64,000 nt of DNA from Antedon mediterranea (Eukaryota > Animalia > Echinodermata): NCBI RefSeq assembly GCF_964355755.1, contig NC_092680.1:12090001-12154000 (forward strand), given 5' to 3'. Under the pieces are notes generated by a model. The model was not told the origin of the DNA. It was given only the letters and a program-made list of their open reading frames with translations, and did no database searches. A program made the translations under genes and the position numbers. Shown piece after piece: positions 14,120 through 27,916 of the stretch; the stretch's first letter is position 1, and every line of letters starts with the position of its first letter.

Positions 14120-16480
14120 TGAGGAAAATTGGTCTGAGGTTTACGATTGTGACCAACCCGTATCTTTTGATAAATTTCTTAACACATTCTATAAAATTCA
14201 TAATAAACATATTAAAAATAAATATAATGTATCAAATAAAATGAAAGCAAAACAGTCTTGGATGACACCTGGCTTAATTAAAAGTAGCAAAAAGAAACAA
14301 AAACTTTATAAAAAATATATTTATTCTCATGATATTCAACATAAAAGTATATACAAAAATTATAAAAATATGTACACTAAACTCTGTCGAACCGCCAAAA
14401 GAATGCATTATATATCAAAATTTCAAAATGTAAAATGTAACCTTAAAAAGACCTGGGCTATAATAAATTCTGTATTAAGACCAGAAAATCAAAACAATTT
14501 CCCATCCCTCATAAATAACGGTTTTGAAACAATTACATCAACTAAAGAAATATGCGATTCATTTAATAAGTACTTTTCAACAGTTGGTTCAAATTTAAAT
14601 AATTCTATGCCTGACCCTCATATTGACCCAATCTCATATTTACCAAATCCAATTTCTCAATCCTTTTTTATAAATCCTGTTACAAAAGAAGAAATAATAA
14701 TTATTGTCAACAATTTAAATCCAAATAAAGGATCTGGTGACGATAATATCACTTCACGTACAATCAAACAAATACTGCCGTACATAATTGACCACCTTAC
14801 CTACTCTATAAACTGTTCATTCTCATCTGGTGTATTTCCAAATTTATTAAAAATAGCTAAAGTTTTCCCAATCTTTAAGAAAGGTGACAAGGGCCAAGTT
14901 AAAAATTACAGGCCTATCTCCCTTCTTAGTGCTTTTTCCAAGATCTTAGAAAAACTCATGCACCAGCGACTCTATGATTACCTTACTAAATTCAACATTC
15001 TTTATACTCACCAATATGGCTTCCGTCATAACCATTCCACATCCCATGCAATTCTGGATCTTGTTAACAACATCACCTCATCTCTTGACAATAAACAATT
15101 TTTACTCTCTGTTTTTATAGACTTGTCAAAAGCTTTTGATGTCATTAATCATAAAATTCTTCTTGGTAAATTATTTAATTATGGCATTAGAGGAATTGCA
15201 TTAAACTGGTTTGAAAGTTATTTAGTAAACCGTAAACAGTATGTTGCGTTAGGCTCATTTAAATCATCAGTGGAGGCTGTAAATTGCGGAGTGCCTCAAG
15301 GGTCGGTTTTAGGACCACTACTATTTTTAATTTATGTAAATGATCTTTCTAGATCAAGTGACACTCTGAAAGTCATATCCTTTGCTGATGATACTACGAT
15401 TTTGTTTTCTCATTCTGATATCAATGTCTTATATAACACCGTCAACACTGAACTAAATAAAATGACTGACTGGTTCATCTCAAATAAGCTTATTGTTAAT
15501 GTACAGAAAACTAATTACATTTTATTTCGTACTCAACAAAGACAAATTGATTTCTCTAATCTTAATATTTACATTAACAATAATATTATTGAACGTAAAC
15601 CCGAAGTACTATTCCTCGGAGTTTATCTACATGAATACTTGAGATGGACCAGTCATCAAGCGTATGTATCTAAAAAGATATCTAAAGTAATTGGCATCCT
15701 TTGTAAATTAAGACACTTTTTTCCACAACATATCTTACTCTTGTTATATAACACCCTTATACAACCTCATCTTCTTTATTGCAACATTATTTGGGCTACT
15801 ACCCATCAAATTTAGAAAAACTTAATAAACAAATTAAACGTGCTGCCAGTATTATTACTTTCTCTCACTATCTCGCCCCTTCCCAACCTTTACTTAAAAA
15901 ACTCAATATTCTTAGTCTACATGATCTATTTACAACACAAATTGCTTCCTTTATTTTTCAATTCTTTAATACCAAACTCCCTGTGACAATGTCTAATCTA
16001 TTAAGTCATACAAAATCACACAAGTACTATTTACGTATCGACAATAAATTTCCGCATCTTGATGTACCTCCTTTTAGACTGAAAATTTCCGAATATTTTG
16101 TTTCTGTTTCAGGACCGCGAATCTGGAATGATCTTGATGATAAACTAAAGCATTTTAAATCTCTTTATACTTTTCGTAAAAATTTTAAAAAATATCTTAT
16201 TTCTTTATACTAATTTTAATATTATGATTGTAGTACACTGAAAGTATTTTTATTTCATCGTTTTTGTTTTTATTTATTATTTTATGTAGTAAATTGTATT
16301 AGTTTAAATGTATGTGTATTGTTTCTTGGGTCTTTCTCGAGACAAGAAACTTGTTTTCTTCTAGAGAAGACCCCAAATGATGGCTTATTACTATGTTTTC
16401 ACTTATGTACACACCTATAATTATATTATTGTATAATGCCATTGTTGAATAAATAAATGTTTTTTGAACTTGAAATTGAA
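14120..16480 (+). mobile_element. 5'-truncated CR1-group (CR1/Crack/L2-like) LINE inserted in satB
   Basis: RT ORF, 3' UTR with AATAAA and a TTGAAC/TTGAAA tail. Probable TSD AACCAT at 14055-14060 and 16479-16484. The satB monomer resumes in register. Confidence 0.9.
14241..16213 (+). pseudogene. LINE ORF2 reverse transcriptase (no endonuclease part; one frameshift near 15800)
   Basis: NYRPISLL, QYGFR, FIDLSKAFD, GVPQGSVLGPLLFLIYVND, FADD and FLGV motifs. The C-terminus continues in ORF 15779-16213. Confidence 0.93.
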
Positions 16481-17805
16481 CCATATTTATTTTCAATTTA
16501 AAAAAAAAGAAAAAAAATATCCCTAGAGGTTCGACGCACTACTGAGAGCACTCAAACCTGAGCATTACCCGTTACGCCACAAACCAGTAGATGACTGAAG
16601 AGCTGATAATAGTGTATTTATATGAAATGAATGATCAACCAATGGAAAATAATGCTATGCAACTTTGTTTCTGATTTTAAAAAAGATCCATTTGTTTAGG
16701 CCTGACATTTACAACCTTCAAAATATCTCATTTAAAAAAAAAATATTTATTTTCAATTTAAAAAAAAAAGAGAAAAAATATCCCTAGAGGTTAGAACCCA
16801 CTACTGAGAGCACTCAGACCTGAGTATTACCCATTACGCCACAAACCAGTAGATGACTGAAGGGCTGATAATAGTCTATTTATATGAAATGAATGATCAA
16901 TCAATGGAAAATAATGCCATGCAACTTTGTTTCTGATTGAAAAAAAGATCCGTTTGTTTAGGCCTGACATTTACTACCTTCAAAATATCTCATTTTCAAA
17001 AAAAATATTTATTTTCAATACGAAAAAAAAAAACAATATCCCTAGAGTTGGAACCCGCTACTGAGAGCACTCGAACCTGGGTATTACCCGTTACGCCACA
17101 AACCAGTAGATTACTGAAGAGCTGATAATATGAAATTAATGATCAATCAATGAAAAATAATGCCATGCAACTTTGTTTCTGATTTTAAAAAAGGTCCACT
17201 TCTTTAGGCCTGACATTTACAACCCTCAAAATATCTCACTTTCAAAAACAATATTTATTTTCAATTTAAAAAAAAAATAAATAAAAATATCCTTAGAGGT
17301 GCGAACCCACTACTGCGAGCACTCAAACTTGAGCATTACCCGCTACGCCACAAACCAGTAGATGACTGAAGAGCTAATAATACTCTATTTATATGAAATG
17401 AATAATTAATCAATGTAAAATGATGTTATGCAACTTTGTTTCTGATTTTAAAAAAGGTCCTTTTCTTTAGGCCTGGCATTTACAACCCTCAAAATATCTC
17501 ACTTTCAAAAACAATATTTATTTTCAATAAAAAAAAAAAATAAAAAAAATATCCCAAGAGGTTCAAACCAACTACTGAGAGAACTCAAACCTGAGCATTA
17601 CCGGTTACGACACAAACCAGTAGATGCCTGAAGAGATCATAATAGTCTATTTCTATGAAATGAATGATCAATCAATGTAAAATGATGTTATGCAACTTTG
17701 TTTCTGATTTTAAAAAAGGTCCACTTGGTTAGGCATGACATTTACAACCATAAAAATATCTCACTTTCAAAAACAATATTTATTTTCAATTAAAAAAAAA
17801 AGAAA

Positions 17806-17916
17806 AAAAATACCCGTATAGGTTCGAACCCACTGCTGAGAGCACTCAAACCTGAGCATTACCCGTTACGCCACAAACCAGTAGATGACTGAAGAGCTGA
17901 TAATAGTCTATTTATA
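17806..17916 (-). promoter_or_regulatory. Representative satB Pol III-like cassette (TATA, A box, B box, oligo-T)
   Basis: Minus strand: TATAAATA 17916-17909, A-box-like TGGCGTAACGG 17873-17863, B box GGTTCGAACC 17830-17821, T-run from 17810 downward. Confidence 0.65.
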
Positions 17917-18786
17917 TGAGATGAATGATCAATCAATGAAAAATAATGTTATGCAACTTTGTTTCTGATTTTAAAAAAGGTCCACTTGTTTAGGCCTGAC
18001 ATTTACAACCATAACAATATCTCACTTTCAAAAACAATATTTATTTTCAATGAAAAAAAAAAGAAAAAAAATACCCGTATAGGTTCGAACTCACTGCTGA
18101 GAGCACTCAAACCTGAGCATTACCCGTTACGCCACAAACCAGTAGATGACTGAAGAGCTGATAATAGTCTATTTATATGAGATGAATGATCAATCAATGA
18201 AAAATAATGTTATGCAACTTTGTTTCTGATTTTAAAAAAGGTCCACTTGTTTAGGCCTGACATTTACAACCATAACAATATCTCACTTTCAAAAACAATA
18301 TTTATTTTCAATGAAAAAAAAAAGAAAAAAAATACCCGTATAGGTTCGAACTCACTGCTGAGAGCACTCAAACCTGAGCATTACCCGTTACGCCACACAC
18401 CAGTAGATGACTGAAGAGCTGATAATAGTCTATTTATATGAATGGATAAATCAATCAATGAAAAATAATGCTATGGAACTTCATTTCTGATTTTTAAAAA
18501 GGTCGAATTGGTTAGGCATGACATTTACAACCATAAAAATATCTCACTATCAAAAACAATATTTTTTTTCAATTAAAAAAAAAAAGAAAAAATATTCCTA
18601 GAGATTCGAACCCACTACTGAGAGAACTCAAACCTGAGCATTACCGGTTACGCCACAACCCAGTAGATGAGTGAAGAGTTATGTGTATAGAAAGCAGTAC
18701 TCGTATTAAAAACTAAGCAGGTTGTATTCTTGAACGCAAACTGGCAGGAAAATTTTGAATATTTTTTGTTGTTAAAATGATGGAAT

Positions 18787-21700
18787 CTATCTAGGCTAGG
18801 GCTATAATATAAGCCTACTTCTACTATCTAGTAGGGCCTAGGCCTAGTTAGTACTGTAGTTTACTACTGTGTAGTGTAGTGTAGCAGCAGCTGTAGGCAG
18901 GCAGATAATCGGGTCAGAAAAGTAGACGGGAACCCACTTTGAGGCCTAGCTAGGTCCTATATGTCGTACTCACCTAGCTAAGCCATCACTCCACAACTAG
19001 CTACAGGAAATAGGCCTACTATGTTGATGTACCACTGATATACATTTGGAGCTCGAATTAATTTTGAAGTCTAAAAAAAGACTAACTGATGACAAAAAAC
19101 GAACATTTGGAAAATGATCAGCATACAGTACCAAAGAAGTTGATGGTAGAATAGATTGTTGTTGATAGCAACCAAAACGAAAACACTAGTAATTAGAATA
19201 GGCCTTTTTTAGGGAGGAGATGCACTTTTCAGGGATTCCTTACTGTACATTAGTACCCCAAATTGAAAACTTCAGATTCATGTACAGAAATAATAATTAT
19301 ATGTATGCAATAAATTGTGAAATATTTAACTTTTCTATTTGACTTTTGTATTTATACATCATTGTTTTTCAATTTATAGACTTAAGCTAATGAAGACTGG
19401 AACAGAAGTTACACCCATACAGCATTTTAAAGGCAACTGGCAGTAGACTCGGTAGTGGAACACAAGATAAATATTGGATGACTATCATAAAGCATTAGGC
19501 AAATGTGTTGGTTGTTTTCCAGCTTTTAAAATGTTGTATAGTTTTCATAATTAGAGCAATAACATTTGTATACAGCATTAAATAAATAAAAAATACTACT
19601 ACAGTACATGAGATAAAATCACCATAATTTTAATGTGTGAAGATTTACAGTACAGTACAGTAAAAAATGAGTTAATTACTAGTATATTTCATTGAATTTC
19701 TGCATTATTGTTGACAATTTATTTTCAACTATTAATTGATGTGTTGATTGTGGCATTACAGCAATAGCTTGTCTTCTGTGATTGTTCATCCATTTTAAAG
19801 TGTCATAGTAAGAAACGTTCAAATAAATATTGTGAATGTTGCTACCACATTTTGTGTTGATTTCTTCACCATTTTCCACTACTTCCTCATATTGTTCATT
19901 CAAGTGTGTTAATACCTATTAAAAGAAAGACATTATTTATTAAAATATGTACATAAAAAGTTTAATTGTGTGAATGTTGGTTTGAACGTTATTGCTTTGG
20001 AAGAATTTTCAACATAACGGTACTAAGTACTGTAAAGTACACATTCCAAAAAATATTTAACTTAGATTATTTGGTCATTTTCTCTAAAATAATTACATTA
20101 TTGGATGTACAGTATAGGCCTAGTTACACTTTTCACAAATTTATATTAGCATTAAAATCTAATTAATCATGAAGGAAAAACCAAGCACCATAATCTCTCC
20201 TGGCCCTGGTGGTGACCTTATTTTCTATTTTTGGCAGCCATTCACAAGTTTTCGCTTTTTGAGTTTCGCTGCTCTTATGTATAATTTTTTTTAATCACAA
20301 ACTCTACATAGAAAAGAAAATTAAATGTTTTAAAATGAATGAAAAGTGATATGAATAATGATAAATTAAAGACTATTATTAAATATTATAGTATTATACT
20401 AAAAATAAGACGAGTTGGTGGTGTCGAAATTCACACAAGTCACAATAAAACCATGGTGGTATAAAATATTTTATTTTTATACCTCCATGCTAAAACCTTA
20501 TTCCTTACTCCATGCTCACAGATGAATGTTATAGGCCTAATCCTATTTAAAGCTAGGTTGGCAATAACTATTAATAAGGCTTACAAGTTGTATCTATTAG
20601 TATTAGCTAGGCCTGCTACTCACTCAGGGTGAACCCTCACTCAGGCCTACAACTAGGCCTAGTACTACTACCACTACTAGACTAGCTACTAGTACTACTA
20701 CTAGTTTCAAACAATGATGAAAATTATCGTAGCGAAATACAAAGATTTGTTAAATTTTGTGACGATAATTATCTCCAAATAAATGCATCAAAAACAAAGG
20801 AGATGATCATTGATTTTAGGACTAAACATAAATTTAATTTTCAACCAATCACTATCAAAGGTAAAGAAATTGAAATTGTTGACCAGTACAAGTATCTAGG
20901 AATTGTTTTCAATGATAAACTGAGTTGGGGAGACCATATAGACTTCATCAGCAAAAAATTAAGTCCCAGAATGTATTGTATGAGAACTTTATATAAATTT
21001 AACTCCTGTGATTTGATGTTATTTTCGTTCTATAGATCCGTTATATGTAGTGTTTGGACGTATTGCCTCTCCTGTTGGGCTGGTAATGTTACCGGAGGGA
21101 ATAAAGGACGCCTTGAAACTTTCATCCGTCGGGCTGGTAAAATGATTGGTCTGGAACTGCCTTCCTTTACCGATGTGCACCTAGAACACCTCCAGAAAGA
21201 TTTTGAACGCATTGAGTCGGATGCCTCTCATCCTCTCCACAAAGTGATTATAGACCAACTTAATCCAAGTGGTAGATTGAGGCTCCTCAGTGTGAAAACA
21301 AATCGATTTGCTAAATCCTTTATTCCCTCCGGTATCATCCAGTACAACAGGAAGTCAAGAAGATAATTTTATATTGTAATTTTTTAGATGTTTTTATATG
21401 AATGGTTTTATGCTATATTTGTTTTTATAGTGTTTTCTTTGTTATTATGACGAGCAATGAATTTCCTTTTTGAGGATCAATAAAAGTTATCTTATCTTAC
21501 TCTAGGCCTAGCCAATAGATAGGGGATAGTACACTCACTAGATAGCCAGTACAGCTGTAATGGGCTAGCTAGGCTTCCTATACTAACTAACAAAGCTGCA
21601 CCATAGAAACTACAGTTCTTACTTACCAATATGCTAGGGCCTAGCCATAGTCTTTTCTTCAAGTAGGAGTTGTTTTTTTTGTTGTTAAACTACAGAACTT

Positions 21701-21940
21701 TCCCACATCGTCGTCTCGCCATATCACGTCGTATTTTTTTTCTGATGACCTAGAGGTCACATACACGCACAAGAATCATACAATATGCATAATTCATAAG
21801 CTAATTCAGGTCAAGGGTTAAAGTAAACCGGAAGCCAGCTGGCTGCCAGCCAACCGACTTCCGGTTGACTATTTTTTACTTTAAATTACGATTTTCTAAG
21901 GTAAATAATTTTTTTTTTGATCCAATTTTTTTTCAAAGTG
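18787..21940 (+). repeat. 3154-bp direct duplicate of 25998-29151
   Basis: Constant offset of 7211 bp at both ends and for all ORFs inside (19679/26890, 20803/28014). No differences noticed by eye. Confidence 0.96.
20706..21500 (+). mobile_element. Rex1/Babar-like LINE 3' fragment (copy 1)
   Basis: ORF 20803-21366: KTKEMIIDFR...YKYLG...HPLH...PSGR...TNRFAKSFIP, then AATAAA and a (TTATC)n tail. Confidence 0.85.
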
Positions 21941-22513
21941 CTAACTTCAATTTCCACGAACTGGAGACGAAGACGAAGACGACCCTTTTATTTAAATTTA
22001 TTTGGATAGACCTCCATGTAAATTCATTAAAGGCTATATGATTGTTTTATATTTTAATATGTGATAGTAGAAAATCATTGTGTATAATGAGGACTATGAA
22101 TCTGATATTTACTTGCATTCTCATCTTTTTAAAATTTTATTTATAATGCTGGTAGTGAATTTACTATTGAAAAAGTCATGTGTCCACTTATCTCAAATTG
22201 TGTCACACCTCTAACCTTGGTAGAACTGACTGTGTTCTATATGAGTACATTTAATTTGCCATATAGTAGTGTTTCCACCATACTTCAACCTGGTAGTTGA
22301 ATACATTTCATCGGGGTAAAATTATCACCTTTAACATAAAGTATCCTCCTGAAACATGTATTTGTACTGTACTTCATCTACTATTCATTTAATTACTTAA
22401 TACTAATTTGGGTGATTTATGTCTAACTTCAGGAATGATCTGAGGCTAGAAGAACGAATTTCTGCACATATAATTTATATAAAAAATAAACCAATGTTTT
22501 CCTAAAAATTTAA

Positions 22514-25297
22514 CCCCTAGGTTGATAACTAACAAAGAAATTATTGAAATTGTGTTCTCACAATATATGTGTACTGTATCTACATATGCATACTGCTGTA
22601 CTTGTTTTTAACCGCATAATGGCATTAAAAAAAAACAATGTTTTATAATTATTATGTTATTTCCAAATATTAAAGGTCTGAAACAGAAACTAAATGTTAC
22701 CAAACTATGTTTTTGAAAATCTCTATGATATAATATAATAATATGAACATAATATTAAATTATATTGACTATTTTTGATAATCATCATGTCCTTATAAAT
22801 TCATTTATATTTCATTTGTGTAATATAGTTCATATATGATGTATTAAATAAATTGGTAAGGCCCTATACTGTTTATATTTAAGGAAAGTTTATATACACT
22901 ATTATTTAATGCCTACCAATATTAGTATTAATTGTTTATGTAACTATTGTCTAATTGCATTGATTTTTTGTATAGGCCAATGGCATTAATGTTTTCTCAA
23001 ATCAAATTAGCCTAATAATGCCATATTTAGAAACAAAATTCATTAATTTCTGATATTCTGTACTTGTGTATGCATTACTAAAATAGTAGTTATTTTATTT
23101 CATTTATAATGTATGTATAAACTTTTATTCAGTTTTTTTTTACATTTTTAAGTTTAAAAATTATTAAAATACCTATCTACCTTTCTGTTATTGTTACTAT
23201 TATAATATTTTTTGAGGCAGATTGATTTCAATAAAAACATTTTAAACAATTGATTTGATTTATACTGTACTATGTTAGTTCAGGAGATGAAGTGTGTGTT
23301 TGTAGAATCTGGTGTGTTGGAGGTTGGCGATGTGAGGTGTATTTTTGTCACTTTAAGACCTAAATTAGATGTTTTCTGAAGAAAAGAAGTAAGTGGATAG
23401 GCTTTCAAACAACTCCAAGAAGATTCACACAAAAATAATTACTTCCCAATAAAATAGTATGTAACAGTGTATATTACACTACACTACATTGAATAAACTC
23501 GAGCGGAAAAATAACACACATAAAAAATCATTCATTTCCTTGTCGAAACGCGCCCTCTCTAGGTTTCTATTAATTTATTAATAATTATTATTAATTAATG
23601 AGTAATATAAACTTATTTTTAACAATTAATGCTGGAAGCTGATTCTACTCCTAACAAGGTGTCATACCTCCAAATTTCGTCAACGTATTCAAAGCACTTC
23701 AATAAATATCACATTGAACATTAAAAATTAGGGTTATGGATAGAATTTTGCTGAAAAATATATACAAAAAACATCGATAAAAAATACTTTTCGAATTTAA
23801 AAACATTTGAAACTTCTTTTATATGTTCAATATAGGTTGCTCTATTCACAGAAACAAAATTTCATTCATGAATGTTTTTTGTTGGTTGTTTTTTTCAAAA
23901 TCGTTATTAGGTTTAAAAAATGCATTGGAATTCTATGGTCTTTCATAAGTGTACATTTTGTAAAAACGTAAATTTAAAAAATCGGTAATATGGCTCGATA
24001 GTTATTTTTTTGTTGTAATATGGATGGAGCTACCTATATTGAACATTTATACCAAGTATCAATTGTTTTTGAATACGAAAACTATTTTTTATCGATGTTT
24101 TTTGTATATGTTTTAAGCAAAATTCTATCCATAACCCTAATTTTTAATGATCAATGTGATATTTATTGAAGTGCTTTGAATACGTTGATGAAATTTGGAG
24201 GTATGAAACTTGGTTTGGAGTAGAATCAGCTTCGAGCATCAAATGTTAGAAATATGTTTATATTACTAATTAATTAATAATAATTATTAATAAATTAATA
24301 GAAAACTAGAGAGGGCGCTTTTCGACAAGGAAATGAATGTTTTTTTATGTGTGTTATTTTTCCGCTCGAATTCATTCAATGTACTTTAATATACACTATT
24401 ACATACTATTTTATTGGGAAGCCTATTCGCTTCTTTTCTTCAGAAAACATCTAATTTAGGTCTTAAAGTCACAAAAATACACCTCACATCACCAACCTCA
24501 AACACACCAGATTCTACCAACAAACACTTCATCTCCTGAACTAACATAGTACAGTATAAGTCAAATTAAATGTTTTAAATTTTTTTATTGAAATCAATCT
24601 TCTGCAAAAAATATTATAATAGTAACAATAACACAAAGGTTGATGGGTATTTTAATATTTTTTAAACTTAAAAAGGTAAAAAAAAACCTGAATAAATGTT
24701 TATACATACATTATAAATGAAATAAAATAACTACTATTTTAGTAATGCATACACAAGTACAGAATATCATAAATCAATGAATTATGTGTCAAAATATGGC
24801 ATTATTAGGCTAATTTGTTTTGAGAAAAACATTAATGCCATTGGCCTATACAAAAAATCAATGCAATTAGACAAAATAGTTACATAAACAATTAATACTA
24901 ATATTGGTAGGCATAAAATAATAGAGTATATAAACTTTCCTTAAATATAAACAATACCATACCAATTTATTTAATACATAATATATGAACTATATTACAC
25001 AAAAGAAATATAAATGAATTTATAAGGACATGATGATTATCAATATAATTTAATATTATGTTCATATTATTATATTATATCATAGAGATTTTCAAAAACA
25101 TAGTTTGGTAACATTTAGTTTCTGTTTCAGACCTTTAATATTTGGAAATAACCTATAATAATTATAAAACATTCTTGTTTTCAATGCCATTATGCGGTTA
25201 AAAACAAGTACAGCAGTATGCATATGTAGATAGAGTACACCTATATATTGTGAGAACATAATTTCAATAATTTCTTTGTTAGTTATCAACCTAGGGG
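22514..25297. mobile_element. Palindromic (foldback) non-autonomous element with piggyBac-like ends
   Basis: TTAA|CCCCTAGG...CCTAGGGG|TTAA. Arms ~22514-23860 and ~24005-25297 are diverged reverse complements around a ~145-bp spacer. Confidence 0.8.
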
Positions 25298-25658
25298 TTA
25301 AAGTTGTATTGTCCCCCAAAACATGAAAAATAAAGATGAAAAAAATCAAATTTTGAATAGACCATTTTGTAGTTATAATAAAGTTATTCACTTTCGCCGA
25401 AAAAAAAATCCGAAAAAAATATTGATTTCGCTTATAAAAAATCAAAATAAGTTTACCATTTTTTCGAACTCATAAGTTCAGAAATTCCAAAATAACGATG
25501 GTTAGCTAACAGCTCATAAATATGCATGATATGTTAATGAGTATCCAAACAGGGGAGATCCGATCTGTTCACCACGTAAACAAACATGTGCGAAGAACAG
25601 AAGAAAGTGCTGGGGTTTCCCTGATCGTATGATGTAAAAAGCCCTGCCGTTAATTTGC

Positions 25659-25919
25659 TTTTTTTTTTTTTTTTTCTTCTTTTATTTTATACTCATCCAA
25701 CAGCGAGTAACCCGCCAATTACAGGATGGATAAACTATTTAATAATTTCACAAGACAAACACAAGATGCTCTACATAAACAAAGACTTATTATTAAGTCT
25801 TTGGGAGTGGAGTTGTAAATTTTCATGAGAAAAAAACCCTGACATATGACAGGACTTGAACCCAGGACCCTTAGATTGGTAGCCAAGCATCATAGCCACC
25901 AAGCCACAGCTCCACTCCA
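25659..25919 (-). mobile_element. tRNA-derived SINE-like element
   Basis: Minus strand A box TGGCTTGGTGG (25906-25896), B box GGTTCAAGTCC (25862-25852), and AATAAA followed by an A-rich tail. No TSD seen. Confidence 0.7.
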
Positions 25920-27916
25920 TGCTGGTAAGTAGAATTCTATTTTAGATGAATGACACATCCTCCTATAATAGTTTTTGGCGTATAGTTATAGGCTTAGCTA
26001 TCTAGGCTAGGGCTATAATATAAGCCTACTTCTACTATCTAGTAGGGCCTAGGCCTAGTTAGTACTGTAGTTTACTACTGTGTAGTGTAGTGTAGCAGCA
26101 GCTGTAGGCAGGCAGATAATCGGGTCAGAAAAGTAGACGGGAACCCACTTTGAGGCCTAGCTAGGTCCTATATGTCGTACTCACCTAGCTAAGCCATCAC
26201 TCCACAACTAGCTACAGGAAATAGGCCTACTATGTTGATGTACCACTGATATACATTTGGAGCTCGAATTAATTTTGAAGTCTAAAAAAAGACTAACTGA
26301 TGACAAAAAACGAACATTTGGAAAATGATCAGCATACAGTACCAAAGAAGTTGATGGTAGAATAGATTGTTGTTGATAGCAACCAAAACGAAAACACTAG
26401 TAATTAGAATAGGCCTTTTTTAGGGAGGAGATGCACTTTTCAGGGATTCCTTACTGTACATTAGTACCCCAAATTGAAAACTTCAGATTCATGTACAGAA
26501 ATAATAATTATATGTATGCAATAAATTGTGAAATATTTAACTTTTCTATTTGACTTTTGTATTTATACATCATTGTTTTTCAATTTATAGACTTAAGCTA
26601 ATGAAGACTGGAACAGAAGTTACACCCATACAGCATTTTAAAGGCAACTGGCAGTAGACTCGGTAGTGGAACACAAGATAAATATTGGATGACTATCATA
26701 AAGCATTAGGCAAATGTGTTGGTTGTTTTCCAGCTTTTAAAATGTTGTATAGTTTTCATAATTAGAGCAATAACATTTGTATACAGCATTAAATAAATAA
26801 AAAATACTACTACAGTACATGAGATAAAATCACCATAATTTTAATGTGTGAAGATTTACAGTACAGTACAGTAAAAAATGAGTTAATTACTAGTATATTT
26901 CATTGAATTTCTGCATTATTGTTGACAATTTATTTTCAACTATTAATTGATGTGTTGATTGTGGCATTACAGCAATAGCTTGTCTTCTGTGATTGTTCAT
27001 CCATTTTAAAGTGTCATAGTAAGAAACGTTCAAATAAATATTGTGAATGTTGCTACCACATTTTGTGTTGATTTCTTCACCATTTTCCACTACTTCCTCA
27101 TATTGTTCATTCAAGTGTGTTAATACCTATTAAAAGAAAGACATTATTTATTAAAATATGTACATAAAAAGTTTAATTGTGTGAATGTTGGTTTGAACGT
27201 TATTGCTTTGGAAGAATTTTCAACATAACGGTACTAAGTACTGTAAAGTACACATTCCAAAAAATATTTAACTTAGATTATTTGGTCATTTTCTCTAAAA
27301 TAATTACATTATTGGATGTACAGTATAGGCCTAGTTACACTTTTCACAAATTTATATTAGCATTAAAATCTAATTAATCATGAAGGAAAAACCAAGCACC
27401 ATAATCTCTCCTGGCCCTGGTGGTGACCTTATTTTCTATTTTTGGCAGCCATTCACAAGTTTTCGCTTTTTGAGTTTCGCTGCTCTTATGTATAATTTTT
27501 TTTAATCACAAACTCTACATAGAAAAGAAAATTAAATGTTTTAAAATGAATGAAAAGTGATATGAATAATGATAAATTAAAGACTATTATTAAATATTAT
27601 AGTATTATACTAAAAATAAGACGAGTTGGTGGTGTCGAAATTCACACAAGTCACAATAAAACCATGGTGGTATAAAATATTTTATTTTTATACCTCCATG
27701 CTAAAACCTTATTCCTTACTCCATGCTCACAGATGAATGTTATAGGCCTAATCCTATTTAAAGCTAGGTTGGCAATAACTATTAATAAGGCTTACAAGTT
27801 GTATCTATTAGTATTAGCTAGGCCTGCTACTCACTCAGGGTGAACCCTCACTCAGGCCTACAACTAGGCCTAGTACTACTACCACTACTAGACTAGCTAC
27901 TAGTACTACTACTAGT

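Larger units (their letters stand above)
6866..18679 (-). repeat. Satellite B array 1 (~260-bp monomer with tRNA-like A/B-box core on minus strand), interrupted by two insertions
   Basis: GGTTCGAACCCACTACTGAGAGCACTCAAACCTGAGCATTACCCGTTACGCCACAAACCAG recurs about every 260 bp. The spurious ORFs at 17959 and 18220 are exactly 261 bp apart. Confidence 0.97.

Noticed and set aside
6788-18414. Repeated 60-76-aa ORFs (MFLILKKVHL...) in satB, also at 53022-63002
   Set aside because: Mostly TTG/GTG starts, and the frame depends on variable A-run length. These are satellite translation artefacts.
6866-18679. satB as a CRISPR array or a cluster of genuine tRNA genes
   Set aside because: The whole monomer is repeated, with no unique spacers and no cas genes. 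Acceptor, anticodon and outer T stems do not pair.
25092-25445. 117-aa hydrophobic ORF
   Set aside because: It spans the junction of two different elements, starts at TTG, and only its second half has a counterpart in the opposite arm.
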